64,000 nucleotides of DNA from the human T2T-CHM13v2.0 reference genome, Homo sapiens. Positions 12,056 to 26,124 of this stretch are shown here, in pieces (position 1 is the first letter of the stretch; each line of letters starts with the position of its first letter). The position numbers and the translations under genes were made by a program. A model generated the notes under the pieces. The model was not told where the DNA came from, searched no databases, and worked only from the letters and a program-made list of their open reading frames with translations. The stretch lies in assembly GCF_009914755.1 (NCBI RefSeq), contig NC_060947.1, one strand, 5' to 3'.

Positions 12056-15000
12056 TTTTTTTGTTTTTATATTTTTCAACTTTTGTTTTAGGTCCAGGGG
12101 GTACATGTGCAGATTTTTTACATAGGAAAATTGTGTGTCACTGAGGTTTGGGGTATGAAGGATTCTGTCACCCAGGTAGTGAGCACAGTACCTGATAGTT
12201 AGCTTTTCAAACCTTGCCCATCTGGTACCTTCCCTCCTCTAATAGTCCCCAGTGTCTATTGTTCCCACTGTTGTGTCTGTGTGTACTCTATGCTGAGCTC
12301 CCAATTATAAGTGAGAACATGTGGTATTTGGTTTTCTGTTCCTGCATTAATTTGCTTGGGATAATGGCCTTCAGCTGAATCCACGTTGCTGCAAGGGACA
12401 TCATTTTTTTTCATTTTGGGGCTGCATAGCATTCCATGGTGTACAGGTACCAGATTTTCTTTATCCAACATGCTGTTGTTGGACATCTAGGTTAATTCCA
12501 TGTCTTTCCTATTGTGAATAGTGCTATGATGAACAAAAGAGTGCATGTGTCTTTTTGGTAGTATACATTCAGTAATGAGATTGATGGGTAAAATGGTAGT
12601 TCTCTTTTAAGTGTTTGGAGAAGCCTCTACACTGCTCTTCACAGTGGCTGAACTAATTACATTCCCATCAACAGTGTATAAGTGTTCCCTTTTCCCTACA
12701 ACCTTGTCAGCACCTATTATTTTCAAATTTTTAATAATAGCCATTCTAACTGGTATGAAATTGTTTCTTATTGTGGTTTTGATTTGCATTTCTCTAATGA
12801 GAATGATTGATTCATTGATTGAATCATTGATTCTCTAACAAGAAGTGCAAATCAAAACCACAATGAGATACTACCTCATTGTGGTGTTGAGCATTTTTTC
12901 ATATATTTGTTGGCCACATGTACGTCTTCATTTGAGAAGTGTCTGTTCATGGTCTTTGCCTATTTTTTAATGAGGTTGTTTGCTTTTTCCTTATTGATAT
13001 GTTTAAGTTCCTTATAGATTCTGGATATTAGCCCTTTGTTGGATGCATACTTTGCAAATATTTTCTCCCTTTCTGCCTATTGTCTGTTTACTCTGTTGAT
13101 AGTTTCTTTTGCTGTACAGAAGCTGTTTTGTTTAATTAGGTCCCACTTGTCAGTTTTGTTTTTGTTGCACTTGCATTTGTGTACTTAGTCATAAATAATT
13201 TGCCCAGGTCAATACCCAGAATGATATTTTTTAGATTTTCTTCTACGATTTTTATAGTTTTATGTCTCCCATGTATATCTTTAATCCATCTTGAGTTAAT
13301 TTTTGTGTATGGTAAAAATTAGGGGGTCCAGTTTTAATCTCCTGCATATGGCTGGCCAGTTATCCTAGTACCATTTATTTAATAGGGAGTCCTTTCCCCA
13401 TTGCTTGTTTTTGTTGGAGATCAGATGGATGTAGGTGTGTGGCTCTATTTCTGTGTTCTCTATCCTGTTCCATTTGTCTATGTGTCTATTTTTGTAATAG
13501 TACTATTTTATTTTGGATACTGTAACCTTGTAGTGTAATCCAAAGTTTGGTAGTGTTAGCATCTGGCTTTGTTCATTTTGCTTAGGATTGCTTTGGTGAT
13601 TTGGGCTCTTTTTTGATTCCATATGAATTTTAGAAAACTTTTTTTATAATGCTGTGAAAAATGATGTTGATACTTTTATAGGAGTAGCACTGAATCTGTA
13701 AATTGATTTAGGCAGTATGTCCATTTTAACAACATTGATTCTTCCTATCCATGAGCATGGAATATTTTTCCATTTGTTTGTTAGTGTCATTTCTGATTTC
13801 TTTGAGCAGTGTTTTGTAATTCTTATTGCAGATATCTTTCACCTCCTTAGCAAGCTGTATTCCTAATTATTTTATTCCTTTTGTGGCTATTTTGAATGTG
13901 ATTACATTCTTGATTTCATTCTCAGCTTGAATGTTATTGGTGTATAGAAATGCTACTGAATTTGTACATGGATTTTTCATATTGAAATTTTACTAAAGTC
14001 ACTTGTCAGTTCTAGATACCATTTCTCAGGGTCTTTAGGGTTTTCCAGTTAGAGAGTCATATCATTTGTGAAAAGAGATAATTTGACTTCCTCTCTTCCT
14101 ATTTGGATACCTTTTATTTCTTTCTCTTGCCTGATAGCTCTGGCTAGGACTTGTAATATTATGTTGAACAGCAGTAGTGAAAGTGAGCATTTTTGTCCTG
14201 TTGCAGTTCTCAAGGGGAATGCTTCTAGCTTTTGCCTATTCAGTATAATGTTGGCTGTGGGTTTCTTATAGGTGGCTCTTATCATTTTGAGCTATGTTCC
14301 TTCAATGCCTAACTTGTTGAGGGTTTTTAATATGAAGATATGTAGAATTGTATTGAAAGCCTTTTCTGCATCTATTGAGATGATTTCTTGTTTTTGTTTT
14401 TAATTCTTTTAATATAGTGAATTACATTTATTGATTTACATATGCTGAACCAACCTTTCAGCCCAGGAATACAGCTTACTTGATCATAGTGAATTAACTT
14501 TTTGATGTGCTGCTGGATTTGATTTGCTAGTATTTTGTTGAGGATTTTTGCATCTATGTTCATTAAAGATATTAGCCTGATATTTTCTTTTTCATTATGT
14601 GTCTGCCAGGTTTGGGTATCAGAATGATGCTCGCTTTGTAGAATGAGTTAGAAAGGAGCTTATGTTCCTTGATTTTTTTTGGAGTAATTTCACTAGAATT
14701 GAACTAGCTCTTCTTTGTATGTGTAGCAGTATTTGGCTGTGAATCTATCTGATCCAAGGCTTTTTTTTTTTTTTTTTTTGGTTGGTGGATTCTTTTTATT
14801 ATCGATTCAATTTTGTAACTTTTTATTGGTCTGCTCAGGATTTCAACTTCTTCCTGGTTCAATTTTGGGAAGTTGTGTATTTCCAAGTAATTTGTCCATT
14901 GCTACTAGGTTTTGTAGTTTGTGTTCATACAAGTGTTCATAATAGTCTCTGAGAGACTTTTGTATTTCTGTTGGTTGTCGTCAAGGTCATCCTTGTTATT

Positions 15001-17037
15001 TTTTATTGTACTTATTTGGAACTTCTCTCTTTCATTCCTTATTATACTAGCTAGTGGTCAATAAAACTTATTTATTCTTTCAAAAAACTAACTTTTGTTT
15101 TTTTTATCTTCTATATGATTTTTTGCATCTCAATTTCATTCAGAGTTGCTCTGATTTTGGTTATTTATTTTATTCTAATTTTGGGGTTGGCTTGCTCTAG
15201 CTTTTCTAGTTCCTCTAGGTGTGATGTCAGGTTGTTAATCTGATGTCTCTAACTTCTTGAAGTATGCATTTAGCACTATAAACTTTCTTTTTAACACTAC
15301 TTTAGCTGTGTCCCAAAGATTCTGGTATTTTCTGTCTCTGTTTTCATCAGTTTGAAATAACCTTTTGATTTTTGCCTTAATTTTGTTCTTTACTCAAAGT
15401 CATTCAGGAACAAGTTGTTTAATTTCCATATAATTGTACGGTTTGAGTATCTTCTTGATATTGATTTCTATTTTTATTGCACTGTGGTCTAAGAATGTTG
15501 ATATGATTTCAATTTTTTTTGTATTTGTTAAGACTTGCTTTGTGGCTAAGTATGTGGTTGATCTTAGATTATGTACTGTGTGCAGATGAGAAGAATGTGT
15601 ATTCTGAGGTTGTTAGGTGGAGAACTCTGTAGATTTCTATGTAGGGTAAATGCACCAGAAAGCAATAATATAAGGATACCTTAGAATGACCCTGTATGGC
15701 ATGTGCACCTGAATGTTTGTTCCAAGCTATGGAATCTGGGTGTGGCCAACCCAGAGATTCATTCCTTATCTATGAAAAATACCTGAGCCCCTGGCCCATC
15801 CTGTGGAACATGGACCATACAGGAGAATGAGTCCCTGAGTTTTGAGTTAAATGAAGGTTGCCGGGTGGAGGTTATAGGTGTTGGGGGTGGGGTATTAAGT
15901 GAAAATGCTACATAAACTGCATGACGTTTGCAGGCAGTTGCAGTTTTCCTTCCTAGCCCACCACCACTGGGCCATGCAGTTATGTTGTCTGACTCACTGC
16001 CACTGGACTGTAGAATGTAAGATGTGTTGTTCAGCCCGTTGTCACTGGACTGTAGGAAAGTAGATGTATTTTCCAGCCAGCTGCTGCTGGACTGTAAGGC
16101 AGATAGCTTGTCCAGCATGCCACTACTTGACCATTTCTGTATATAAGGTGGCTTTTCTGTCTAACCTACCACCACTGGACTCTTACCCCTGTATGTAAGC
16201 CCTTAATAAAATCCCATGTCTAGTTTGCTGGCTCTGGGTCACCTCTGCAGCCTCTTGATCCTGATGCCTCATCTACTGAAGTTAAGATGGGTTCAGCACA
16301 ACAGTCTATTAGGTCCAGTTGGTCATGTGATGAGTGTAAGTCCAGAATATCTTCATTAGTTTTCAGCCTTAATGATCTATCTAACACTGTCAATAGGATG
16401 TTGAAATCTCCCACTGTCAATGTGTGATTATCTAAGCCTCTTTGTAGATCTCTAAGAACCTGTTTTATGAATCTGACTGCTCCAGTGTTGGGTGCATATA
16501 TATTTAGGACTGTTTTCTTATTGAATTGAACTTTTAGCATTACGTAATATCCTTCTTCGTTCTTTTGATCATTATTGGTTTAAGTTCTGCTTTATCTGAG
16601 GTAAGAATAGCAACCCCTGCTCTTTCATGTTTTCTGTTTTTTTTTTTTATAGATCTTTTTTTATTCCTTTACTTTAAACCTATGGATGTCATTACATATG
16701 AGATGGATCCTGAAGACAGCATACAGTTGGGTCTTGTTTCTTTCTCCAACTTACCACTCATTGCTTTTTAAGTGGGGGGTTTACTTCATTTACATTCAAG
16801 GTCAATATTGATAGGTGAGGATTTGATCATGTCATCATGTTGTTAACTGGATGCTATGTAAACTTGACTATGTAGTTGCTTTATAGTAGCAGTGGGCTAT
16901 GTAAGTGTGTCTTTGTGGTAGCAGGCAAAAGACTTTTGTTTCCATGTTTAGCACTCCCTTAAGGACCTCTTGTAATGCAAGTCTAGTGGTAACAAATTCA
17001 AATTCCCTTATAATTTCCTTTTCTGAAAAGGACTTTC
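12056..17037 (-). mobile_element. Long L1PA15/16-like element (3'UTR through ORF2 into the end of ORF1)
   Basis: T-rich tail; GGGGTACATGTGCAG...GTGTCACTGAGGTTTGGGGTATG; ORF2 frames [21 protein letters not shown] and endonuclease LNIYAPNTGA...VGDFN. Confidence 0.92.
15640..16303 (+). mobile_element. ERVL solo LTR (LTR47-like) inserted into the L1
   Basis: TG...CA termini (TGTAGGGTAAATGCACC...GCACAACA); TATA-like TACATAAA; AATAAA near 16205; 5-bp TSD (T/G)TCTA at 15635-15639 and 16304-16308 splits the L1 motif AGATGTCTATTAGG. Confidence 0.8.
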
Positions 17038-17109
17038 CTTATCTGAAAACATGAAAAATATGTTTGCTTTTCTACCTCAGGTAGCTATTGTGAGAATCAA
17101 AAAATGGGT

Positions 17110-17359
17110 ATACAGCTTTATAAAAAAATCAGATCATGGCTTTAACAGCAAAATGGATGGAGCTGAAGGCCATTATCCTAAGCAAATTAATGCAGGAGCA
17201 GAAAACCAAATACTACATGTTCTCACTTATAAGTGGGAGCTAAACTTTGAGTACACATGGATGCAAAGAAGACATTGGGTCTTATGTTAGGGTGGAGGGT
17301 TGGAGGAGGGTGAGGATTGAAAACTACCTATTAGGTAGTATGCTGATTACCTGGGTGAC
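17110..17359 (+). mobile_element. L1PA15/16 3' fragment, sense, no poly(A)
   Basis: GGCCATTATCCTAAGCAAATTAATGCAGGAGCAGAAAACCAAATAC...ATTACCTGGGTGAC; preceded by a MIR-like stub (17038-17102). Confidence 0.8.
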
Positions 17360-20300
17360 TGCCATATGGTTCTCCATAGTGCTTGTACTAATTTCCATTC
17401 ACACCAAGAGTGTACAAGGATTCACTTCTCTCCACATCCTCTACAACAGCATTTGTTATTGTCTGTTGTTTGGATATGAACCATTTTAACTGGGGTGAGA
17501 TTATATCTCATTGTAGTTTTGATTTGCATTTCTTTGATAATCAATGATGTTGAGCACCTTTTATATGCCTGTTTGCCATTTGTATGTCTTGAGAAATATC
17601 TATTCAAACCTTTTGCCCATTTTTTGATCAGATTATTAGATTTTTCCTGTGGAGTTGTTTGTACTCCTTATATATTCTAGTGATTAATCTTTGTCGGGGG
17701 TAGTCTGCATATATTTTCTCTCATTCTGTGGGTTGTCTCTTCAACTTGTTAACTGTATCCTTTGCAGTGGAGAAGCTTTTTGACTTGAGGTGATCCCATT
17801 TGTCCAGATTTGCTTTGGCTGCCTGCACTTGTGGAGTATTGCTTAAGAAATCTATGCCTAGACCATGTCCTGGAGATTTTCCCCAAGTTTTCTTATAGTA
17901 GTTTTATATTTTGAGGTCCTATATATATGTTTTTAATCCATTTTGATTTGATTTTTGTGTATAGTGAAAGATAGGGGTCAAATTTCATTCTTTTGCATAT
18001 GGATATCCAGTTTTTTCCAGCACCATTTATTGAACAGACTGTCTTTTTTCCAGTGTATTCTCATGGCACTTGTCAAAAATGAGTTCACTGTAGGTATGTG
18101 GACTTATTTCTGGGTTCTCTTTTCTCTTCCACTGGCCTATGTGTCTCTTTTCGTGCCAGTACCATGCAGTTTTAGTAACTATAACTCTGTAATATAATTT
18201 GAAGTCAGGTAATGTGATTCTTCCAGTTTTCTTCTTTTTGCTCAGGATATCTTTGGCTATTCTGGGGAATTCTTGGCTTCATATAAATTTTAGAGTAGTT
18301 TCTTCTATTTCTGTGAGGAATGCCATTGGTATTTTGACAAGGATTGCATTGAATCTGTAGATGTCTTTAGGTAGTATGGACATTTTTACAATATTGATTT
18401 TCCAATCCATGAACATAGACATTTTTCCATTTTTTGGTGTCATCTTCAATTTTATTCACTAGTGCTTTATAGTTTTCATTATAGAGATCTTTCACTTCTT
18501 TGGTTAAGTTAACTCCTAGATATTTAATTTTGTCTGTGGCTAGTAAATGGGACTACTTTTTTATTTCTTTTTCAGATTGTTCACTGTTTGCATTCAGACA
18601 TGCTACTAAATTTTGTATGTTGATTTTGTATCCTGCAAATTTACTCAACTTGTTTATTACTTTTAATAGTTTTTTTGTAGAGTCTTTAGGTTTTTCCTAG
18701 TATCATATCATCAGCAAACAAGGATAATTTGTCTTCTTTCTTTCCAATTTAGACATACTTTATATCTTTCTCTTGTCTGATTGTTCTTGATAGTACTCCA
18801 GTACTATATTGATTAACAGTGGTGACAGTGGGCATCCTCGTTGTGTTCCAGGTCTTAGAGGAAAGGCTTTCAGTCTGTCTCCATTTAGTGTGATATTAAC
18901 TGTGGGTCTGTCATATATGGTTTTTATCATGTTGAGGTACATTCCTTCCATCCCCAGTTTGTTCAGGGTTTATATCATGAAGTGATGTTAAATTCTATAA
19001 AATGCTTTTTCAGCATCATTTGAAGTGATCCCATGGTTTTTACCCTTCATTCTGTTGATATGATGTATCACATTGCTTGATTTCATATGTTGAACCATGT
19101 TTGCATCCCAGGGATAAAATTCACTTGGTCATGATGAATAATCTTTCTAATGTATTTTTGAATTTGATTTGCAAGTATTTTGTTGAGGATTTATGAATCA
19201 ATATTTAACAGAGATATTGACCTTTAGTTTTCTTTTTTTGTTGTGTCTTTGTCTGGTTTTGGTATCAGGGTAATGCTTGCCTTGTAGAGTGACTTTGGAA
19301 GTATTCCTTCCCCCTCTGTTTTTTGGAATAGTTTGAGTAGGATTGGTATTAATTCTTTAAATGTTTGATAGAATTCAGCAGTGAAGCTATCAGGTCCCGG
19401 GCGTTTGTTTTACTGGAAGATGTTTTATTATGGCTTGATCTTGTTACTTGTTCAGGTTTTGGATTTTTTCTTGGTTCAATCTTGGTAGGTTGTGCATATC
19501 TAGTAATTTTCCATTTCTTCTAGATTTTCTAATTTATTGGCATATAATTGTTCAGAGTACCCAGTAATAATCTTTTGAATTTCTGCAGTATTAGTTGTAA
19601 TGCCTCATTTTTCATTTCTGATTTTATTTGGTTCTTCTCTCTTTTTTTTCAGCCACTTTTGTTTAACTTTTCACCAAAACTACTTTTTGATTCATTGATC
19701 TTTTTTATTGTTTTTATTTCAATTTCATTTATTTCTGCTCTGACCTTTATTCTTTCTTTTCTTCTACTAATTTTGGGTTCGTTTGTTCTTGCTTTTCTAG
19801 TAATTTAAGATGCATCATTAGAATGTCTGAAGTTTTTTCTTCTTTTTTTGATGTAGGTACTTATAGCTGTAAGCTTTTCTCTTACTACTGCTTTTGCTGT
19901 ATCTCATAGGTTTTAGTATGATGTTCTTCCATTATCATGTGTTTCAATAACTTTTTCAATGTCTTTCTTAATTTCTTTATTGGGCCACTGGTCATTCAGG
20001 AGCTTTACTTTCCATGTATTTGTATAGTTTCTAAAATTACACTTATTATTGATTTCCAGTTTTATTCCATGGTCGTCAGAAAAGATGTTTGATATTATTT
20101 CAATTATTTAAAATGTTTTAAGACTTGTTTGTGACCTAACATATGTTCTATCTTTGAGAACAATCCATGTGCTTAGGAAAAGAATGTGTATTCTGCAGCT
20201 CTTGGATGAGATGTTCTGTAAATATTTATTAGATACTTTTGATCTATAGAGCAGATTAAGTCTGATGTTTCTTTGTTCATTTTCTGTCTGGAACATCTGT

Positions 20301-21793
20301 TCAATGCTGAAAGTGGGGTGTTAAGCTCTCCAGCTATTATTTTTTTGGGGTCTATCTCTGTTTATAGCTCTAATAATATTTCCTTTATATATCTGGGTGC
20401 TACCTTGTTGGGTGAATATACATTTCCAATTGTTATATCCTCTTGCCAAATAACCCCTTTTTCTTCACATAATGACCTTCTTTTCTGTTCTTATAGTTTT
20501 TGTTTTGAAATTTATTTTGTCTGATATAAGTATAGTGACTCCTGTTTTTTTTTGGTTTCCCTTGGCATGGAATATCTTTTCCCAACCCATTAGTTTCAAC
20601 CTATGTGTGTTTTTATAGGTGATGTGTGTTTCTAGTGGGCAAAAGATCAGTGGGTCCTATTTTGTAATCCATTCAGCCAGTCTATATATTTTGATTGGAT
20701 AGTTTAGACTGTTTGCATTCAATGTTTTTAGTGATAACTCAGGACTCATTCCTACCAGTTTGTTATTTGTCATCTGGTTGTTTTGTGGTCTTTCCTTCCT
20801 TCTTTCTTTCATTCCTGTCTTGCTCTAGTAAAGATGATTTTTATGGTGATATGACTGTTTCTTGCTTTTTATTTTTTGTGTATCTATTCTATATTTTTTC
20901 GTTTGAGGTTACCATGAGGCTTGCAAATACTATCTTATAACCCCTGATTTCAACCTGATAACAACATAACACTATTTGCATAAGCAAGCATGCAAACAGA
21001 AAACTAATAAAAACTTGCATTAATTTTGTCTTCTCGCATTTTAACTTTTTGTTGTTTATCTTTATATCTTATTACACTGACATACATTGTACTATACTAT
21101 GAAGTCAGTAAAATAAGATGTAAATAGAAACAACAAATGTTGTTGTAGTTATATTTTTGATTGGTTCAACATTTAGTCTTTCTACTTAGGATAACAGTAG
21201 TATACTCACCACAGTTACAGTGTTATAATATTCCCTGTTTTTGTATGTACTTACTATTGCCAGTGAATTTTGCATCTTCAGGTGATTATTTATTGCTCAC
21301 TATTTAATGCATTTTTATTTCTGACTGGAGTACACCTTTTAGCATTTCTTGTATTGATAAAGTCCCTCAGCTTTTGTTTGTCTAGGAAAGTCTTTATTTC
21401 TCCTTTATATCTGAAGGATATTTTCACCAGATATACTATTCTAAGGTAATAGGTTTCTTCCTTCAGTACTTTAAATATGCCATGCCACTCTCATGACCTG
21501 TAAGGTTTACACTAAAGTCCGCTGCTAGACATATGAGAGTTCCATTGTACGTTGTCTGTTTTCTCTTGCCGCTTTTAGGATTCTTTCTTTATCGTTGACA
21601 TCTGGGAGTGTGATTATTAAATGCCTTGAGGTAGTCTTCTTTGGATTAAATCTGCTTGGTGTTCTATACCTTTCTTGTGTTTTGAGACTGATATCTTTCT
21701 CTTGGTTTAGGACGTTCTCTGTTATTTTCACGTTGAATAAACTTTCTACCCTTATCTCATTCTCTACCTCTTTCTATGGCCAATAACTCTTAG
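17360..21793 (-). mobile_element. L1MA1/2-like element lacking both ends (ORF2, inter-ORF, part of ORF1)
   Basis: Antisense frames [19 protein letters not shown] and ORF1 TPSRFNPKKTTSRHLII...ERILKAARE. Confidence 0.88.
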
Positions 21794-21799
21794 GTATAT

Positions 21800-21887
21800 T
21801 ATTTTATATAAGGGACTTTGCATTCATAAATTTTAGTATCATGGGGGTCCTGAAACCCATCCCCCTCTAATACCTAGTAATGACTGT
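21800..21887 (+). mobile_element. MER2/Tigger-type DNA transposon terminal fragment
   Basis: AAGGGACTTTGCATTC...GGGGGTCCTGAAACCCATCCCCC...ATACC...GACTG followed by TA. Confidence 0.6.
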
Positions 21888-22701
21888 ATATTGTGATTCC
21901 ATTTTGTTTCTGGAATATGTCAAAGACCTGACAATACTATTAACTTTGAGAATAAGTAACCCCAAATGGCTGTTTAGCATAGAATTATTTAGCATAAATA
22001 GTATAGGACATGACCAAAATAATCTTGGGTTTTCTACTGATTTCTGTGCTATTGTCTAACTCTTGGAACTTGGATAAATCACTTTTCTCCTGATAAAAGA
22101 TTCAACAGTATTAGTCTTAAAATATTGATCTGCTATGGTTGGGGTTTGGAGTGCTATCGAGGCTCAAATATCCAAACCCCTCCATGTCATTCACCCTCTT
22201 TTCTACTTTGAGGCACTTAAGGAAGAAAGCACATGGGAAGCAATGGTAAATGTGAAAATGAAGTGTAACTGTATTATCTGGGATGCTAAAACCTCAATGC
22301 TGATGTTACTGTAAAAGTGGTTGGAGAAAAGAACATGGCTTAAGCTAGAAAATTAACAGATATCTTGTCCCTCCTCCTGAGCCTAAATCACCCATACCAG
22401 CCTCCAGCTGGCTGCATAGTACAGGAAACTGAATCGATGTGCTTGAGAAGAGGCCAACAGGCAGCAGTGGACCATGTCTTTTGACCCATCTAGGTTCAGG
22501 GGAGGAATAGGTAAAAATGTACACATGCATGTACACACGAGAGAGAGAGAGAGCTCCATATCAGTAATATTTTATACATAAGTTATTTCCCCCACTAGCA
22601 GCAAGTAACCCAATTATTGTCCTAGAATCTGATCAACCAGTTAGTGACATTCTTATTTGTGGACTGTAGTTATATGTGCTATGTGTGTGTTTTTATGTGA
22701 G

Positions 22702-22703
<2 letters not shown>

Positions 22704-22743
<40 letters not shown>
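22704..22743. repeat. (GT)n microsatellite
   Basis: About 20 uninterrupted GT units. Confidence 0.97.
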
Positions 22744-22744
<1 letters not shown>

Positions 22745-23329
22745 GTTGCTTTGTATAGAATTTTAATGCACCTTTCCTTAGGAACCTACATTTACTGTCA
22801 TCAAGACCTGGTTCTAAGCTCTGTGCTAGGCACCATGTACTCTGCTCTAATACAAAATCCTTCTTAATTTTCTGAAAAATCCAGACAGGTATTCATTCAT
22901 GAGCAATCAACTCAGCCTGGGGTCATTGTCATAGCAGTAAAGGTATGAGGTAGTCATTTTTGATAAAGAAGCTAAAAATTTTAATAACATAAAAGCCTTT
23001 AATGTAAAAAAACCTGAAAAATTAGGTTTTTTTTCCGTAGGCAAAGACAAAGGCTGCAAAGATTAATGAGGTCCTTAATATCATGGAGCATATTAAATAA
23101 GAGTAACATCAAATCTCAGGACAATGGAACTGTGTATTGTCATTACTTGAGATTTTAATACCAAGTTTCTCTGAGCATGATCAGAGGACCACTTAAGTCA
23201 CAATCAAGTGGCAAAATTTTATTTTATTTTAAAAGGCAAAAATGACAAAATATCAGCCTATAGTTTATTGTGTGTTTTTTTTCAGTGAGCAAGTTCTTTA
23301 TTTATTCATTTAAAAAATGATTAACATAA

Positions 23330-24292
23330 TTTATTGTTATTTTTAATAGACATGACCTAATCATACACATTTATGGGTTACAATGTGATGTTGTGATGCA
23401 TGTATACATTGTGTAATGATGAAATCAGGTTATTTAGTATATCCATCACCTCTTTTACTATATCTTTATGGTCATAACATTTAAAATCCTCTCCTCTAGT
23501 TATTTTAAAATATAAAATATAACATTGTTAACTACAGGCACTCTATTGTTGTAATAGAATACCAGAAATTATTTCTCCTATATAACTGTAATTTTGTATC
23601 CATTGACCAATTTCTCCCTATTACCCCACTCAACCCTCTCCTTCCTTTCCTCTGGTAACTACTATTCTACTATGTACTTTTTTCAATTCCACAAATGAGT
23701 GAGATCATGCAATATTTGTATTTCTAAGCCTGGCTTATCTCACTTTAAACATACCATCTCCCAGATTCATCCATGTTACTGCGAAGGACATTATTTCATT
23801 CTTTTTTGTGGCTAAATAATATTCCATTGTGTATATATACTATTTTCTTTGTCCATTCATCTGCTAATGAGTACTTAGGTTGATTCCGTATCTTGGTTAT
23901 TGTAAATAGTGCTGCAATAAATGTGGGAGTGCAGCTGTTTCTTCAACATATTGATTTAATTTCCTTTGGATAAATAACCCAGTAGTGGGATTGCTGGATC
24001 ATATGGTAGTTCAATTTTTAGTTTTTTTGAGGAAACTCCATAGGGTTTTCCATAACGTCTTTACTAGTTTACTTTCCCAACAACAGTGTGTAAGAGTTCC
24101 CATTTCTCCACATCCATGTGAGCATCTGTTTTTTTGTCTCTTTGATAATAGCCATTCCAACTAAAATAAGTGATATCTCATTGTGTTTTTGATTGAATAT
24201 CCCTGATAATCAGTGATGTTGAGGATTTTTTCATATGCCTGTCGATTATTTGTATGCTGTCTTTTGAGAAATATCTATTTAGGACTATTGCC
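23330..24292 (-). mobile_element. L1MA (L1MA6-9-like) 3' part; resumes at 26686-27385
   Basis: ACATTTATGGGTTACAATGTGATG...; collinear ORF2 continuation after the nested inserts. Confidence 0.8.
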
Positions 24293-25581
24293 TTTTTTCA
24301 ACTTTTATTTTAATTTCAGGGATACATGTGCTGGATATGCAGGTTTGTTACATAGATAAATGTGTGTCATGGAACTTTACTGCACAGATCATCCCTTCAC
24401 CTAGGTATTAAGCCCAGAATCTATTAACTCTTCTTCCTGATGCTTTCCCTTCTCCAGCCCCCGCAACAGGTCCCCATTGTGTGTTGTTACCCCCAATGTG
24501 TCCATGTGTTCTCACCAATCAGCTCCCACTTATAAGTGAGAATATGCAGTATTTGGTTTTCTGTTCCTGTGTTAGTTTGCTGAGGATAATGGCTTCCAAC
24601 TTCATCCATGGCCTGCAAAGGACATGATCTCATTCCTTTTTATGGCTGCATGGTATTCCATGGTATATACATACCACATTTTCTTTATCCAGTCTGTCAT
24701 TTAGGTTGACTCCACAACTTTGCTATTGTAAACAGTGCTGCAATGAACATACATGTCCATGTATCTTTATAACAGACTGATTTATATTCCTTTGGGTATA
24801 TATTCAGTAATGGAATTGCTGGGTCAAATGGTATTTCTGCTTCTAGGTCTTTGAGGAATCGCCACACTGTCTTCCACAATGGTTGACCTAATTTACACTC
24901 TCACCAACAGTGAAAAAGTGTTCCTTTTTCTCCACAATCTAGCTGGCATCTGTTGTTTTTTGACTTTTAACAGTAGCCATTCTGATTGGCATGAGATGAT
25001 ATCTCACTGGGATTTTGATTTGCACTTCTCTAAAGATCAGTGATGTTGAGCTTTTTTTTTCATGTTTTTTGGCTACATGTGTGTCTTTTTTTGAGAAGTT
25101 TCTGTTCATGTCTTTTGACCACTTTTTAACGTGGTTGATAGAAAGAATTAATATTGTGAAAATGGCCATACTGCCCAAAGTAGTTTATAGATTCAAAGCT
25201 ATTCCCATTAAACTACCATTGACATTCTTCACAGAATTAGAAGGAACTATTTAAAAATTCATATGGAACCAGAAGAAAAAGAACCCAAATAGCCAAGTCA
25301 ATTCTAAGCAAAAAGAACAAAGCTGGAAGCATCGTGCTACCTGACTTCAAACTACTACAAGGCTACAGTAACCAAAACAGCATGGTACTGGTACAAGAAC
25401 AGACACATAGACCAACAGAACAGAATAGAGAACTCAGAAATAAGACTACAGATCTATAGCCGTTTGATCATAGACAAACCTGACAAAAGCAAGCAATGGG
25501 GAAAGGATTCCCTATTTAATAAATAGTGCTAGGAGAACTGTCTAGCCACATGCATAAAATTGAAACTGGAACCCTTCCTTA

Positions 25582-25926
<345 letters not shown>

Positions 25927-26124
25927 GAACTTTAATGTAAAACACAAAACTATAAAAACCGCAAAAGAAAATATAGATAATGTCATTCAGAATATAGGCA
26001 TAAGCAAAGATTTCATGACAACACCAAAAGCAATTGCAACAAAAACAAAAATTGACAAATGGGATCTAATTAAACTAGAAAACTAAAGAGCTTCTGCACA
26101 GCAAAAGAAACTATTATCAGAGTG

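Noticed and set aside
15945-16185. CRISPR-like repeat-spacer appearance
   Set aside because: Primate DNA, degenerate repeats, related linkers, inside an LTR with TSDs, and no cas genes
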